Positions 62,160-64,000 of a stretch of DNA of 64,000 nt are shown here, one piece after another. The stretch comes from Sphaerodactylus townsendi (Eukaryota). Within the stretch, counting starts at the first letter, position 1. Each line of letters opens with the position of its first letter. Made by a program: the position numbers and the translations under genes. Under the pieces are notes generated by a model that was not told the DNA's origin, made no database searches, and was given only the letters and a program-made list of their open reading frames with translations. Location of the stretch: positions 61,752,001-61,816,000 of the forward strand of contig NC_059435.1 of assembly GCF_021028975.2 (NCBI RefSeq), given 5' to 3'.

Positions 62160-62940
62160 GTGGTCACCAGTATGCAGATGACACTTAGCTTTATTTTATG
62201 CTTCCACCAGATTCTAAAAAGGCTGTGGAAACTGAACTGATGATTTGGGGGCGGGGGGGGGGGGGAGTTTTGGAATGCATGAGGCCTAACAGTCTGAAAC
62301 TTAACCCCGACAAAACAGAAGAAATTCTACTCAGGGGAAGGGCTGACCCCAGAACAAGAATGTCTTGTGTTCTGGATGGAGTTGAATTCTCCTTTAAAAA
62401 GCAGGTTCATAGCTTTGGGTGTTTCTGGACAGGTCTCATATTGGATAAGTGTGTGGTAGCAGTGGTCAGCTTTGGCTGGTGTCTTACCGGTAGCTGTAGC
62501 CCTCCCTGGGAGGGAGAAAGATCTTGACACTATGATGGATGCCCAGGTAATATCTAGATTAGATTGCTGCAATGTATGTCCGCTGATAATCTTTGGAGGC
62601 TCTGTTTGTGAAGCCCCTGTCATCTGACAGGCTGCAACCCGAGAAAGGGCCTTCACAGTTGTGGTGCCAACATTCTGGAACTCTCTCCCCAGATTTATCA
62701 GTCTCCTATTGTTGTCTTCCAGAAGGTGGCTAAAAACTGTTTTGTTTGGTTTTGTTTGGTTTGGTATATCCCCATTATCTCCTTCTCATTTTAGGTGTTA
62801 TGTCTGGTTATTTTTATTGGATTATTGTCTACATATTTTAAGTGTTTTTAATGTTAAGATATTTTAATGCTTGATGTTCACCAACTTGGGGGCCCTTTTG
62901 TGGGAGGTGGCATAGAAGTGTTTTAAAAGAATAAACAAAC
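62160..62940 (+). mobile_element. Degraded L2 LINE 3' fragment
   Basis: HQYADDT, LKLNPDKTE, ISRLDCCN, PTFWNSLP, then T-rich 3' UTR and tail. Confidence 0.85.
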
Positions 62941-64000
62941 AATGGAAAGTGAAACTGCATATCCTTACTGGATTCACCGCTATCAATCCAAGAGCTGACA
63001 CAAACATTCCACTTGGCAAGTTTCTGCTTCCACTTCCACTGCACTTAAGGGCAGGAAATTAAAGGGATGCAAGATTTTCTACTAAGACCCACAAAAATAA
63101 TGTCGGGAGCTCCCCCTCCTGGTTCTGGAGCTATGAAAGACAGGTTCCCATTTCCATTTCAGCATTAATGACCCATGATCATGATTGCAAAAACCAACAT
63201 ACAAATGAAAACACAAAAACAAACTCATAAATAAAGGCATTAAATGATGTAAATATATCAAACGAATAAGCAGTAGAGCAGTGATCAATAAGAGGGCATC
63301 CCCCCCCCCATAAGTTTGCTTCATAGAGTTTACTTTTGGGGGGCCCATACACGCACATTAATAAATGCACAATTTCTAAAAGCACACCTCTAGCTAGGTT
63401 TTGGAGAATTCACACCTTTCTCATTTCCCTATGCAAATCGACAAAATCTGAATGTTTAAATATTGCTACCACCAAATTAATAAAACATTTGTCTGAAATC
63501 TAGCTGCCCAGTAGGATACATCTTTTACACTGAACCATCTCCTGTCAACGTGATATGTTAGTGCTAATCAATATCAGTATTCAAATTGTTAAGAAATGGT
63601 TAGCAAGTTGCTTGTGAAACAAAGGAACCACTGTACAATGTACGTACTGTCGAAAAGAAATGGTACATGTGTGTACCTAAATAAATCTGTGATTGCAAAT
63701 GTTGAGAATAAAACCCCAGTGTCTCTCAATTCTCTTCTTTGGGGCCTTTCCAGAAAATCAGCTTATACCTCAGCAGAAGTGTATAATTGTTTATTTGCTG
63801 CATGAGATCCAGACATTTTTCCCCTTAAGCAAGCAATTCTGTCTCACTGACATCACATTTCTCCAGCATTCAAACCAGAACAGATTGCTACTTGGAGGAT
63901 GTGATTCTGTCTCCAGTTAATAATGACACTGGGATTTGACATGATGTCTTGAATATGTTATACAAGTGTCATGAAGAACCCTGGATAGGACACATGAAAT

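Overview
Eukaryotic (vertebrate) DNA, very probably a gecko or related squamate. The basis is abundant Squam3-type tRNA SINEs with (CTT)n tails, Sauria/RTE-tailed SINEs and squamate-type hAT MITEs. The window is mostly AT-rich and intron-like, with one assembly gap (39572-39730). The only long real ORF is the integrase-chromodomain end of a young, 5'-truncated Gypsy/chromovirus LTR retrotransposon with its 3' LTR (50378-52249). Reading splice signals on the minus strand gives three small, phase-compatible candidate exons (43604-43656, 36683-36814, 28581-28623). They join into a stop-free, partly hydrophobic peptide of a gene I cannot name. The rest is SINEs, hAT and Harbinger MITEs (many with 8-bp or 3-bp TSDs), CR1/L2/L1/DIRS/Penelope relics, a 36-bp minisatellite, microsatellites, several hairpins and several TE-free, homeobox-motif-rich blocks that look like conserved enhancers. 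TE family names come from recalled consensus motifs, not from a database search. No prokaryotic-type system (CRISPR, operon) is present.
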